Source of the DNA: Kudoa neothunni
Taxonomy: Eukaryota; Animalia; Cnidaria
Assembly: GCA_964304625.1 (NCBI GenBank)
Contig: OZ199838.1
Location: 8,791,904 to 8,855,903 of the forward strand
Direction: 5' to 3'
DNA length: 64,000 bases
The notes below the pieces were generated by a model. It had not been told where the DNA came from. It ran no database searches and worked only from the letters and a program-made list of their open reading frames with translations. Both the position numbers and the translations under genes were made by a program. Positions 13,512-28,300 of the stretch are shown piece after piece (position 1 is the stretch's first letter; every line of letters starts with the position of its first letter).

Positions 13512-15804
13512 TTGCATTACGAATGTGTAAGCGCGAGGATTAATGGATTTTTTTCTTCCGTTTTTCATACCTTAGGCGCCATATTATTTAAAGAAAACAT
13601 ATTGATGCTATACAATATATTTTTATGCTCGTTTTCAGACATCGATTGTATTTATAGCGTTCATAACATACTAATTTCTCGTTTGTAGCATTAAAGCTTT
13701 TCTTAGAAGTTAAAAATACAATAGCAATATGAGCAGATAATATAAGAGAAATTTATTGACAACTTGCTCAAACGAAAGGACGAGTTGCAATATCTTTATA
13801 TAAAATATATATGTCCCCATGGAAATAAAAGAAAACTACGAGAAAATATAATTAGACCAAGCTCACAGCTAGCTAATGGCTGCGAAGTTTTTATAATTAT
13901 CTCGAGTACTGATAGCTATTTGTACGTGTCAAAGTAGTGTAATGCACAACCATGAACGATTCAACGTCCTATGTTATAAACATAACCAAAAATTACCGAC
14001 ATTCATTCAAGAGAATCTTGAGAAGTATCTTAATTGGGGATGTGATAATAAAAGTTAATTTATCAATTGAAACCGATCTAAACATTCCAATTAGTCTCAA
14101 AAAAGTTAGAAATTTAAAGTATAAATCCACTAAATCACCAAAACTCTCAAACAGTTTTGATGAATTATATAATATACGTGGGGATGATATTCTGTTATAT
14201 GTTTGTCAAGATGACGATGACTTGCTAAATTCCATGTTTTACCACAAAAACATTGAAAAAAATTTATCGAAAATTCCCGGAAGTTATACACATTGACGCA
14301 ACATATATAGCCAATGATTGGCATTATCCGCTTTATAATTTTGTGGTTGTCGAAATTAATGGAAGGACTTGTTCCATATTTTTCGCATTTGTTAAGAACG
14401 AATGCCAATCCATCGTATCCGGAATATTTTCCGCTTTTGTGAACATGATGGAAAATATAAGTTGAACTCGTGTTGCATTTATCGATAAGGATGCAACCGA
14501 GTTTAATGCCTTAAGAGTGCTTTCCACATACAAGAGTATTGTTATATTCCTTCCATGTTTATAGAGTAATGGAGAGAAAAATAGTCATGTTAGATGCCAT
14601 GTCAAATACTTAAAAATAAAGAAGAAAAGTTAAAAGAATTGTCCAAAAAACTTTATACGCGTTGAGTAGTGAGTCGTTCGACTGTATAATTAATGAAATC
14701 ACTGAAATTCATCCACCATATTTCAAATATCTGTTAAAAAATTGTTTAAACATCAAGTCCATGTGGACTCATTTTCTTCGAATAGATGTTTCAACATTCG
14801 GTTCTAATACCAACATAGGGTGGGACAAGAGCACGGAAAATTAAAACGATTTTTATCAAAGTCATCGCTTGTTAATCAATTAAATGGCATACTAAATTAT
14901 TGTAAGACCGTCTGTAGTGATAGTTTGATAAAAAGGGAATGGACTGTGATGAAAACAAAAATCCAGAATATCGATGGAGATGCGTTACAAGTAATCAACA
15001 AATTATCAACGTTTGCCTCCAACAAAATAAAACACGAAATAATGAATCCCCAATGTTTGACTATTTGGAAACTACGTAACATATATTTTGTACATACTTT
15101 GGGTAATTCGGTCATGGTAACGCATCTTAATGACAATACATACAAGTATAATTGTGTATTTTATCAACAGCTATCACTTCCATGCAAGCACTTATTTTCC
15201 ATGTTAAAATCTAATCTTTTAACTGGAGAGTCCCTTTGTACTGGAAGGTGGTTTTATAAAGACACTAACCAACTATGTGATGAAAGTGAACCTAAAAATT
15301 CAAATTTTGAAATTCCATTAAATTACGACGGATTATCTCCCCTAACAAGCCCCACAAAAGTTGACTCCCCGAATATTTTCTTGCACGAAGTGTATGAAAA
15401 TAATTCAAAATCCAAATTCGACGATAACAAGCAGTCATGTGAAAAAATATTCAATCAATTAAACTCACTTGGAGGGAACCAATATAAATCATTTTACACT
15501 GATTTGGAGAACATTCTCAAACAGAATGAAGAAAAACAGTATATTCGATTAACTAAATAAAAGAAAACTCATCCGAAAGATTTGAATTCGATATTTCTTC
15601 AACCAGAGTCAAAGGAGGACGAAAATCTATAAGAAACTATGTTAAAGATAAAAAATGAAAAAACCATTTTGTCAGGTTATTGATTTCTCAAAAAATGGTT
15701 AGTTTCAACACTTGTTTTTATTTTTTAAGTAATATGGCGTCTAAGGCATGAAAAACGGAAGAAAAAAATCCACTAATCCTAGCGCGTACTCATTTGTAGT
15801 ACAA
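13512..15804 (+). mobile_element. Second MULE element with decayed transposase
   Basis: ~80-bp TIRs (13512-13592 vs 15724-15804). ORF fragments carry IHIDATY..N.WHYPL, FIDKD..E and SWIM-like YNCVFYQQLSLPCKH, with many stops and frameshifts. No TSD recognised. Confidence 0.85.
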
Positions 15805-15849
15805 GTAGTCACTATCCTGAAAGAAATTTATTTAACATAAAAAATGTAA

Positions 15850-16396
15850 TAAACCCGTGGAATGTGTGTTATATGCATACGAAAAAATGTGGCATGTATG
15901 AAACAAATCACTGTAAAGTACATCAAAATATATCATAGTCTATTGCAGCAGGATAAAAAATAACAACGTTAAGACGTGTTTAAGAAAAAACTAAGTAGTG
16001 ACATGACGACAGTATTACATCACAAGGTCCGAAGAATAACGTTAATCTGGATATTGCGGTGCTAGCTGCATTGTACACTTCTTTGTTTATGCTACTAAAA
16101 TATTTCATCTTTAGGCAAGAATAATTATATTAATTTATTATTTACATACAGTATCTGTTTTATTCAAAAAATTATTTTTCCATTATCTTTTAATGTTATA
16201 AAGTATTGCGCACGTTGATAAAATGCAAATATTTACTACCAAAGATTCGATACACTTATTTTAACTATTCATGTAAAAACTTAAACCCTTTTTCGGAGAT
16301 TACAAGAAATATAAACGATATAATAACTTGAGTTGTACCATAAAACGAGGAAATGTCTAAATTGGGGTCACGAATGTCCCCGCGCCGTCCGGGGGG
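15850..16396 (+). mobile_element. 3' remnant of a piggyBac element
   Basis: Degenerate Cys/His-rich coding (RGMCVIC..CKVH) at ~15855-15945. Terminus GGGGTCACGAATGTCCCC..GTCCGGGGGG followed by TTAA at 16397-16400. Confidence 0.5.
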
Positions 16397-18070
16397 TTAA
16401 ATAAACAAAATTAACCCTCCAAGCATTTTTGGGGTCCAATCATTATTCTTTTAAAAGTTTCTATATATTCATAATTTATTTTTATAATTAGGAATTTTTT
16501 GTTTTCTAGGATTTTATATCAAATATTTACACCAAGCAGTTTTGAGATCCAAGAGGACCCCACGTTTTTATTTCACAAAAACTTTTATAAAATTATAAAA
16601 AATAAAATAATTTGATTTCGAAAGGTTACATCCATTAAATATTGAGAAAAATCAAGCTTTATGTTTCCGATAGTGATCGAGTGATGCCACTTGTTGCAGT
16701 GCAGGCCGTTAGAAATGGAAGAGTTATATGATGGTTTTCTGACGATTTATGGTTTTGATTGCAGTGAAATTGAGGATATTATTGAAGAATGTTTCTCTTA
16801 ATCTCGTTATAATAGTTCAAATTGTTTTGGCATTACTAACACGTATAGAGACAAAAACAATGTGTTATGGTCCTCATTTGAGCCTTCAAATACAAAAATC
16901 AAGAAAGAAAACATCTTAAACAAACCTATAGGTCTGACTACATTTATAACATCCCGGATTTGCAATCTATAGGATAGTTTTTTGATGATGAATTTTTGAA
17001 TTCTGCCATTACTCACATTAATAAGTTTGGTGCTTTTCATTACGAATGCAAATGGAAAATCTAAATATAGTGAAATATAAACCATACATAGGAATTCTTA
17101 AATATATGTCAATCTCTAAATATAAAATAAAGTATTAAGCAATTATGGAGCTTGAATAAAGAATATCATATACTTCGTAGAATCATGCTGCTTTATAGAT
17201 TCACACAAATAAACAGAAATGTACACTTTGATGACTGCGAGATAAGAGTTTGCGATGAGATGTCGATAAGTTTTTCTTGGTCACCGAAATTTTCAATAGG
17301 TGGAAAAGTATTTTACCGATGTGACTAATTCCCTCTGCTGATCTTATTGTTGATGAACAATTAGTTTCGTTGAGAAGCGGGTGTCCCCTTACGCAGTATA
17401 TTCCCTGAAAACTCCTGGTTTATGGCATTAAATTTTTTCCTTTTAACTGACGCTCATACCAATTATACACGTAATATTTTCGTTTTTCCTGGAAGAAACA
17501 ATGACCAGATTTCTAAATGTGTCGGTGAAAAGGTTGTTTTAGAGCCTTTATCTCACTGGAAAAGGCCAATATAAACATTTTCTGCGTTAATTTTTTCACT
17601 TCGATTCCGCTGGCAAATAAACTTCTTAACCTGGGTTTAACCCTTCTGGAGATTATCTTGCATAATAAACGGGATATATCATTAATTCTTAAAAACAAGG
17701 AATAGAGGGAGTTGTTTAGTTAAATTTTCCTAAAAGGGACAACGCGGTCATTTTATTGGCGACGTCCGCAAACCGTATTAATTTATGCCGTGATCAGACA
17801 AAAATCCCCACGTTATCGTCGATTGTAACAAAGCTAAGGGTGTGTGTATACGGTAGACAATCTTTCATCCACGATGAAAAAGGTGTATTTTATGCGCTCG
17901 ATTCTCTGATATAAAAATAAAGAACAAATGTAATAATTGCTCCTAATATCGTTGCAACAAACATTCGAGAATTATTTGTCACAAACGGAAACAAAAAATG
18001 ACCAGTAATATTTATTTAGTTACATATTATATTTCTAATTATTAATTTTTAGACTTTTTAGCTCAGTTAA

Positions 18071-20526
18071 CCCTTTAAGACCGAATGGTGCCATATGGCA
18101 CCATGGCGTTATTTTGGAAATTTCTTGGTGTGTATTAGTGTTTCTGAATATATATATATCATATATGGGCATTATTAATTGTCACTTTATTTTATCAAAA
18201 AAACAAATAACAGTATTTATTATTTTTTTATAAATAGAAGTGCAAATTAAATCGATATTTTTTGTATAATAAACAGGTGATGTTTGATTGATTGAATCAT
18301 ATTCTTAAAATTACTATATTTTCATAAAAAAATATATATTGGAAATTATATAAAATTTTAAAAAAATGTATATCGCCGTTATTAATTCGTAAATGTCGAG
18401 GTGTACAGTGAATGATTAATTCGTGGTGCCATATGGCACCATTCGGCGCCCACGTTGTTGTGTCGGATTAACATTATCATGGACTCTGATTTGGTGAAAA
18501 AGATTAATGATAATGGGGATATTGTTGAGGAGTTAATATTACTACCTGATGCCGATATATCTGATGATGAAATCAAAAATTTGAAACCCGATATTCTCTC
18601 GGATACTAATTTTAACACGTAGGATCATAACGATCATCAATCACGATTTATAAAAAACTCATTAAACATGGTAGATGAAAGCGTCCTCATAAATAAGAAA
18701 TTCAAAAAAGAAAATACTTTGGACCCTTATTCATATTTTAATATGTTCTTTTCCGACAAATTGATTGAATTAATTTGTAAAGAAACTAATAAGTATCCCA
18801 TAGAAAAAAATTCGTCGTTTCGAACTACCGTAAACGAAATAAAGTTATTCATTGCAATGCTTATAAGAATGGCCATTATTAAACTGCCTAGAATAAGGAG
18901 CTATTGGAGTGCTGAACTCAACATAACAATTATAGCTGAGAAAATGTCAAGAGACCGCATCATGAATATGCAAAAATCCATTCATTTTTGCGATAACAAT
19001 GATATTGTTAAATCCTGTACCCACAGAGATTATAATCGATTTTTTAAAGTGACGCTCCCACTAGACATCATTCGAGAGGCCTGTTTGAAAATTGGACCAG
19101 ACTATAATCAATGCGTGGATGAGCAGATGATTCCATTTAAAGGTAAGTCCGGTCTCAAACGATATCTACCATCCAAATCTACAAGATGGGGGTTCAAGGT
19201 ATTTACAAGAAATGGGTCTGGTGGTATTGTCCACGACTTTTTTTTTTAAGATGGCAATTTTACTTATGATGGCGAAAGCTCTTGTTTTCGATCCTCCGAC
19301 ATCGTTTTAAAATTGGCCCAGTCTATTGAAAAAGGAAACATACCACCTATATTTTGCTAATTATTTTTCAACGCTCCCGCTGCATTCGATTCTACTCAAA
19401 ATAGGTCATGATTCCACGGGTACGATGAGAAGAAATCGCCTCCGTAATTGTTCTATCAGTGATGATAAGACCTCTAAAAATTGAAAAGGAGCAGTTACGA
19501 ATACGCGCTATATGTGGATAATTGTAGTAATCCCCCCAATCAACCGAGGCTGGGCTCCGCGCTAGCCCACTACATTACTGGGCGGAAATCCCCTAGACAA
19601 TAACAATCAGGGTGATCACCATAGCTTCGTTTACTATAATAACTTAGCTGTACTAGTCTTTAACATTGATTGTTTCCTCGCGCAAATACAACAATAATGA
19701 TTCAAAAACTAACATTGTGCGTTGGTTAGACAGCTCCGTCGTAAATGTGACATCGACAGCTCACTCTATTTCTCCTGAGCACTATCGACAGATACGATCG
19801 AAAAGAGAAAAAAGTTGTAAAAATCGATTGGACCATAAATCCCAAAAATGGTATAAGAGGGTATTTTTGTGGGCCATTAATTTGTGTATCCTTAACGGAT
19901 GGCTTGTCTACAAACGCTAATGCCTGCCAAAAATATTCGCTGTTTAATGGATTTTAGCGTTTCTGTGAGCGAGCAATTGTTGCATGTGCATCAGATAGTA
20001 AATATGATGAGAAAAAGAGGTAGGCCGTTCACATCCGATTTTGTTACTACACCAATTCCAATGACAGCTAGTGTCTATAATTTTTCTGAGTCAAAGGTAA
20101 GTAAAAATGTACGATTTGCCCAAATCTCTCATTTCCCAGAATGCACAACGGCCAAAGTAAGATGTAAATTTTGTGGGCTGCATCTCAGAACAATGTCTCA
20201 AATGCGATGTCCGCTTATGCTTAAATATAAATAGAAACTGCTTTTTAGATTATCATACAAAAAATAAATTTTTTTATTACGTTTATATGTTATACGTGTA
20301 TTCTTTGGGAACGACAAAGTTTTTTTTTAATTTATGAGCATGCGCATTACAATTTTTGAGACTAAGGTGTCTCCGAATGGTGCCATATGGCACCATTAAG
20401 TTTAATAGACTTTCTAATTAAATATTTCTTTAATTTATATATATATTATTAATTTTAATTTTTTAGATATTTTGACGTTTTCAAAAAAAATATTTCCTCA
20501 CTCCTTGATTTTCAGGTCTCAAAGGG
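18071..20526 (+). mobile_element. Nested piggyBac element (PGBD2/3-like transposase pseudogene, ~18479-20266)
   Basis: TTAA at 18067-18070 and 20527-20530. TIR CCCTTTAAGACC / GGTCTCAAAGGG. CVDEQMIPFKGK..WGFKVF, RWLD, KWYKRVF and CRD remnants are present. Confidence 0.93.
19523..19693. mobile_element. Solo LTR (171 bp) inside the nested piggyBac transposase
   Basis: Starts TGTAGTA and ends TACAACA, with 5-bp TSD ATAAT (19518-19522, 19694-19698). Removal restores the transposase reading YVDNDSKTNIVRWLD. Confidence 0.8.
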
Positions 20527-22391
20527 TTAAGGATATATTAATTATTCGATTATTAATCCATAATTGATTATGAATGACTTTCCTCTAGGTGAGCTCACGA
20601 CGGCAGATGCGCCTATTTTTTTATGAATATCAGTCAGATAATATTGTATTTTATATCATTTAAAAAAGTGTTATTAAAAAATTATAGGAATTGGTAAAAT
20701 CAGAATCATGTTGTTACAAGTGAACATATGTATTGTCATATATTATTAGAATTTTGGCAAATTCAACTATCCCTTTATTATATAGATAATGTCATGAAGA
20801 GATCAAAGGGTAAATCAGAATATAATTTCATTAACGTTTAAACATGTAAAACTGATAAATACATGCTCGGACAACATCGGTTGGCATCGCAACACAAATA
20901 AATTATGATTATTTCATTATCGCTCCGGTGAAAATTTTTTAAAATAATATAATCATATTTCATAAGATTGTGTATCAAAATAAGCAATAAAAATCTGGGG
21001 TCCTCCTGGGCCCCAAACTGCTTTATATAAGTAATTGATATAAAATCATAACTACCTACAAAAAATTTTAAAATTATAAATATATAGACATTTTAAAAAA
21101 AATAATAATTGGATTCAACCTATTTAACGTTTTCAGTGAGTAGTAAATTGGGATGAAAGTCGTCCTGGGGTCCCCCTGGACCCCAAAAATGCTTGGAGAG
21201 TTAATAGAACTTACAAAGTGTACTTATCAAGTCATATATTAATACAAGGATGGGTAAACTTTTTTATCCGCGGCCATATTAGTCCATCCATGTATTAATA
21301 AGTCCCTATATAGGGTGTGTATTTTTGCACACCTTATAAAGGACACTCCTAATTTCTATATGCAGACAGATGATGACGTTAAATAAACGTATGATTACGG
21401 CATATAGGGGATATTGACTTCAAGTGAAGGTTATTTACATGGAAATTCTAATCCTAACTCGTAAATACGCAAGCGCGATATCAAGTTTTAATCCCGGTAC
21501 CCATTACTCACATTGCACATGGATATTATTTTTAACAATCTGCTATATTTAATTATTTAGCGCGCAAATATCCACTTTCTATCTTCAACACTTCTTGGGA
21601 AAATGAAACAACACACATCGCATTCATTTATATTTACTTTGCCATCTTTAATATTATCCTTATGATATAATTTTGGCACTGGCTATTGACCCGAAAGTTT
21701 TTAATCCAAAATGACAAGTACACATGCGCGGTGACCATTTTTAATCCCACCAACTTTTATTTATAGTTGATCTATAAGGTTTACTTTTTAGAGTCTGCTA
21801 TTAAATACAGTCAAATACATACCCACTTAGATATGATGATCCGTCTCAATAGCCACTTCCTATAATTTTAATCAATGAAATATTCGATAAATTATAATCC
21901 ACGCATTTTGAATTTTCAAGTTTCTTGAGGTGTGACAATTTTTAAACCTTTGTGATCCGTGGTAGTTTCGAAAGGTGGGAATTTTTTGTTACTCATTATG
22001 CGTGCATCCCTGCAGTAAATAACTAAATATCAAAAACTACGCACAATTAATTTTCTAAGGCCAATACTACGAACTTGCTTTAATGACGCGTCACCTTCGC
22101 ACTCAAAAATGTGTCAAAACGATTTATCGCACATTCCAATAAAGATGATGAAACGCAACAAAATGAACAAAAACAGAGGCCCTTAAACATTGCAGATAGA
22201 TCCGATATTCCAAATCAAGGTCTCAATTTACCAAAAATTCTCGATTACACCCCTAAGAGGCGCTAAGACACATCGTTAGGGTGAAATGCGAGAGGGTGTA
22301 CGCTACCTGTTAGTGATGGATTTTATCAAAATTTGGCCATTAAAAATAACATCAGCAGAAGATAATTACTAAAAATTATAAACGAATGGGT

Positions 22392-25300
22392 CTAAAAATG
22401 GTTATAAAAATCAGAATGAACATATTTTTGTTCGATGAAATTTTTCAAGTCTTCGTAAGAAGTTTTGTCGTTTGGTTTCAGTGCAGGGTCAAGATTGGAT
22501 TCGTACAATTGATTAACTTTAATATTTCCTTTACTTAGCATAAACTAGACGAAAACCTTTAACTGCCGAAATAGAAATGAAATAGCTAACGTTAATAAGT
22601 TCGGGGGTCCAATGGTCCAAAGCGAGTGATTTGACTTTGGTGATATGAACTCCAAGACTTCGATGAACTCCGGAGCATTTGATGCAAATAGTAATGCCTA
22701 GATTTGAACTAGCCCATTCAGGATCTAAGTTGGATTTTAATTAAATTGATTGATCTTTCAACTAAATAGGCACACCTTTAGCTCCACAGTCGGCGCAAAA
22801 TTCATTTCCAGGCAATTGTTGAATGCTAGCTACCTTTTGATTATTGTCTGCATCCACAAGATGTGTGATGGCTCTTGTGTGAGCTGAACTATTATGATTG
22901 GTTTGATTAGCTTCAGAATCGTTGGCAGAATCGACCTATTATATAAATGCGTTAAGAAATAAAGAAACGCTGTCAACTCAAAATAGTTACATGTAATCGT
23001 CCTAAAGCCATCGAAATTGACTCCTAAAATTTCGAAATAGATTCGCGACAGAAAATAAATATAACAAACATTTAGTTCATCAATCCAACTATTGAGTTCT
23101 TTCTCATGTAATGCTTGTATTGTGTATTCGTCAGAGGGCATAATAAGCTTATATAATATGTAGCGGTGATATATACAAACGCAAATTTTCTACTTTGAAA
23201 CAAAAATTTCGGTCGATTTCTGTCGGTCGACAAGGTTTTACTGAACTAACTGAAAGTTGAGCGAATACTCTTGGATATTTGTCAATGAAGCCTTGTGCAT
23301 ACAAAATTCCCTCACTTCTGCATAATAAAAAGTACTAAAGAAAAGTGTTTACAGGTAAATGAGAAATATATTTAAAATATGAATTAAAGTAAAAGCACAG
23401 GAAGTGGTGTGTGGTTTCTAATTTCAACATATTTAAAAATTAACTCGATTAAAGAAGGTTAATGATATAATTACATTTGAATTAAATCTAAGGATGCAGT
23501 ATCTTAATTTAGTAACAATGAGTTGGCGGTTTATAATCGCCCAAAACTCAATATAAAAATAAGGTCATATTATATTACTGCTGATATATGTGAAATTTTC
23601 AAATTAATTCAAAATCAGGGAAGCATAAAACAATATGCCTAGTAAACATATTTCTAATGCTCCAACTTCCATTACTTAAAATACGATAAGTTAATATCAA
23701 TTAATATACGTATATATATATATATATAAAGTAAGAATTGTTGAAATTTGCATCAATTTAAATATAAAAAACATTTTTAATGTAAAATAAATAATCTTCA
23801 TAGTTTAAAAAGCTAAATCAACAATCAGTTTAATCACAAAAAAATATTCACAAAGTAAACGGAGAACAGAATGTTACAATTAGATTTGATTTTAGTCACT
23901 TTATTATGGCTCCAAAAAGTTCGTGAAACTACAAGTGACCCACTCCATTTTTAACCAATTAACTACAGAATATAAATTAATTATACCAAAGGTTTGAATT
24001 CATATTTGAAGGGCGTCCTAAAACGTAAACGTAAGTAACCTTCTTTGGTGAACACTCTTCTACAATAGGCTTCAATAAAAATATTAATTAACAACAGGTT
24101 ACTTCTTGGAATGAGGTAATGTGTCTAAATCAATAATTATAAGTCAATCTACTTAAAAGATAACTAAACTTACCAGAATAACTAGTGATTGAGCCACAAG
24201 TATCCTTAGTAACTGTGGTATTCAACGCATCACCCAGTTCAGAAGTGGCGGTGTTGAGTGGTAACCTCAACAAACCATATGGTTTGAATGCAACACGAGA
24301 TTTAGCAGATCTGTACAGCTCGAATGAGAGGATGTATTTGCTTTCAGTAGCTGAAAATGTTGAATCATTTGCGCGTTGCTCACTCAAAAATGTTTTGAAA
24401 TCTGTCATATCCATGTCACTTTGAGTATCATCAATGTTGACTTCAGATTGGAGTTGTTTATTCTATATTTGCAAAATAAATTATTTTAGGTAGAAATGTA
24501 AAATGATTCAGGAAATATTACGTGTTTTTCGTAGGTTTTTCTATTTATAAATTCTGCGCAAATAAAAATATATGGAAATGTGAATATTAGATAGAACTCG
24601 ATAGCTGATACCTTTGGGAATGTTTGACACTATACGACTTAATTTGGTGAATATTTGACCACCTTTTTGTGATGAGCTACATTAACATCGTAATGGAAAA
24701 CCACTAAACAAAAATAAAATTTACTGGATTTTACTAAAATCAACAAGATCAAATTGTTGCGTATGGGACAAGGTTTCTGCAGAGATTTGATTCATCACTT
24801 CTGATGCCTTAGCATTTCGAGAAGATATTTTCTTTTGGATATCACTTCCATCTGTCTGGCTATTCTGATATATTTGATCAAGTTTTTCTTGAGAATTTTT
24901 AATGGTCTACCGCATTCCATCACAAACACATACATACTCATCATTAAATACCAATAGTCCATTGTTGAGATAACTGTGATATGAGAGCATTATAGAACAG
25001 ATATTTTTGAATACGGAAAACTAAACAGAGGATAAAAATAGCGATTGGGATTTCAAACAAAGTAATAATTATCAGTGTTTGATATTTTTAAAATCAGACA
25101 TAGATGCAACGTTTCGCAGCGCGGGGCATAGAAATTTTTGAACGTTTAATGAGTGCCTCTAGTGGACGCGGAAAATCCTGATATTTTTATGGCATTTACA
25201 ATGGTGAGATAATTGCACAATGTGAAGTCCTTTGAAATCAATACCTCGATTTTTGAACTTATTTTTAAATGACCATTAATATCATAAGACAACATAAAAT

Positions 25301-28300
25301 TAAATGATTCATTCTATACAAACGTATAATAACATTTAACATGGTCTTTATCCAAATAGAATCGTTATGGTTTTAATCCCAATCTTGTCTCATTTATAAT
25401 CGTGATCCCCTGATTTTTATTTAACCTAATATAATATTGATTAATGTTCTATCTAGATTATCTCTTTTGTTTTATAAGACCCGTATACATGAAAGTCTTG
25501 CTTAATGCGAACCAGATTAGAACGAGCTTCACTTAACTCTCGAAGGACCGGGCTCAAAAAACTTATGCGCGTAACCATGGGGGTACCTCAGGTACCACAT
25601 AAATTTCCTACGATTGCGATTGTATTTATTCCTAATTTTTTAAATTTACAAATACAGTAAGAAACCAATTTCACGCACCTGTGTGCGCAATCATTTCAGA
25701 AGAAATTGACATTTAATAATGGTTAAATTGCGTCTATAATGGCTAATTAACTACATATTAATTTTTTAAACGATAATTAAAATTCGATAAACGAATTAAC
25801 ATCACAAAGATATTTTTCAACGATCTATGAAATACTCTTCTTGTTGCTATCGGTAGAATAAGGCAGTTTCGTCTACATTCTAAATAAAATTTTCAGAGTA
25901 TCTTTTAAAAAATGTTATGATTGGATTGGTCTACTGTGAAGTAGTTTCATGTGTAGCATCAGAAGATTAGCTAATAAAATTTGATTTATTAATGTTGGAC
26001 CTTGTTTTAAAAACAACGAAACCCTCAACGAATTGCACACGAAGGTAAATCTTTTTCTTTGGCTAATTGATTTCTCTTGATGATTACCGTGACCACGCTT
26101 ACTATTATCTTTCTGCTTCGTGTTCACCCAATCCACTCATATACATCTTCATCAACAGAATTAAATTGTCCTGCATGCAAATAATTTCTATTTTTAGATT
26201 CTACAAACATTTATGGGTTTTGATTATTTTATTTTTGATCTCTAGGATGCCATTAAGAGTCGAGATAATAGATACTTTAAAAAGTGCGTGAAATTAGCCA
26301 ATCACGTGACTTTTAGTTAAGTTATTTGGCAGCTTTTTAAAATAATTTTTATAACAATTTTGATTCAAATATTATAAGAAACATAATATTTAGACAATGA
26401 CCAATCAATATTCTAACTAAATAGGTTTTAAAAAAGTGCATGAAATTGGTTACTTACTGTAGTATATTTATGACTATTAAAAGCGATATCCGAATAATCA
26501 AATTAATAAGTGAATCAATAGGAAATTTCAAGAACATTTCAAGAAGCGTTACCAATATAATCTCTTACAATTTATCTTATTGCTACGTTATACGATATAC
26601 AAAAATATTTCAAATCTTTTTCGATCGGTGGGAAATAAAATAAATGCTTCCCGGTTACTCTCTTCGCAAATAACAACACAAACGGCAATGTACCCCTTGG
26701 GTTACACATACGGTTGACCTCGGTAAGCTCTACGTTGATTGGTGGATTATATTTGATCCAATTCACTGAACGGAATAAAAATGTACGTTATGATCCATGT
26801 TTTAGTTAATATTTATTTTGGGTGTTTTCTCATTAAGTTATATTTTCCCAAATTAGTTGATTATTTTCTTCATTCAATTACTTTTGCGTCACATCAATTA
26901 AATATTTAAAGATGAATCGAAATTGCGTAATTTAGCCCATTATGATAATACTGCATACAGAAAGAAAATATGTATGGGTGTTCTAGGACAAATTGAAGTT
27001 TCATATTTTAATAAATGATAAATATTAATGAATGTTATAACAACATATCAAAAATATGATACCACCCTTAATTATTGAGAATTAGCACGTTTTGGTAAAT
27101 ATTAACGTGAATCCCTAAAACTATCCTTTGACATCATTGGAATCCTATCATGCAACATGGGGGAAATAAAAACTAGACACAGGCTATTGCAACGTATGAG
27201 AATATCTCCTAAAATAGCGCTCGTATCAAAATTTTAATTTCACAAATACATATAATAATGAATGAATTAGCATTAGATAGACTTTTAACAGAAAATAACT
27301 TAGTTGACTTTTTAACTATAAATTGGCCAATACCGCATGAATTAAGTAGACTCTTTCCTCAAGAACTTGTATTTAGATTGGATTTTAAGTAACCCATAAT
27401 ATAGGTATCGTAATTTTTATACGAAATTATGAGGAACGATGTACTTGCTGAGAGCAGGGCGTCCACTGCTTGGGTTTTTTGTGGTCACCTTGGGTTCTTG
27501 GTTTTTTTTCATTTTTCTTTAAAATCTTGGGTTTTTATTGAAAACCTGTAAACATTGAATAATAACACAAATTTTATTATGTGCGACATTAATATTTATA
27601 TTTTTAATAACGTATCGTACTCAGATTATATCGTACAGGGTTTAAACATTTACGATATTGAACGACAGCACAATAGATAGTTTAACGTGGCACGATTGCA
27701 CAATTGTTCAGTTAACATTGTCGCACATTATTAGAAAATTTAACGTTATTTCAAAATATATCTCGAACTATGAATTAATTCATTAATTCATTGTGAGTAT
27801 ATTGATCTATACTAGACATTATGTCTGAATAAGTGTTCGCGCCAATAAATTGTAATAATACGACGATAAATTTAAATTTAATATCTGTAAACGTGTTTGA
27901 AGACTCGGAAGATGATTCAAAACTTTAATAGACATGATTCTACTTTTTGTTATACTTTAGACTAGCGTTTTTCTCGACCTTGGGTTTTTTCTAAAATCCC
28001 GCTGGCAGCCCTGGCTGAGAAAGTGAGCGCGCATTCTAGAAAATTCTCTAAGACGTTCCATTGTATCTGTCCATGCTATAATATGTTTTAACCAAATATA
28101 GGTAAAAAACAATAAATAATACTTTACTCCGTTTATTTATACTATAAAAACGGATATAACTGGTTTTTACGATCCAATAATTGTGATTTTAAACCTGTTT
28201 TCTTATTTTATAAAAACAAAAAATAAATTATTATATGATGGATATATTATTATGATATATATTTTATAGAAGATAATATTGTTTTTATACGGATACATGG

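Larger units (their letters stand above)
16415..21200 (+). mobile_element. Old piggyBac element, host of a nested piggyBac
   Basis: TTAA at 16411-16414 and 21201-21204. TIR CCCTCCAAGCATTTTTGGGGTCC / GGACCCCAAAAATGCTTGGAGAG. Decayed transposase (IVDEQLVSLRSGCP..QYI, YGIKFF) at ~17340-17850. Confidence 0.88.

Noticed and set aside
18085-20397. Recurrent 20-bp palindrome as a CRISPR-like repeat
   Set aside because: Only three irregularly spaced copies, all at piggyBac ends. No spacers or cas genes, and the context is eukaryotic.
21860-22391. Possible ankyrin-repeat exons completing ACAP
   Set aside because: No TPLH/GxTxLH-like motif was seen in the minus-strand frames I read.
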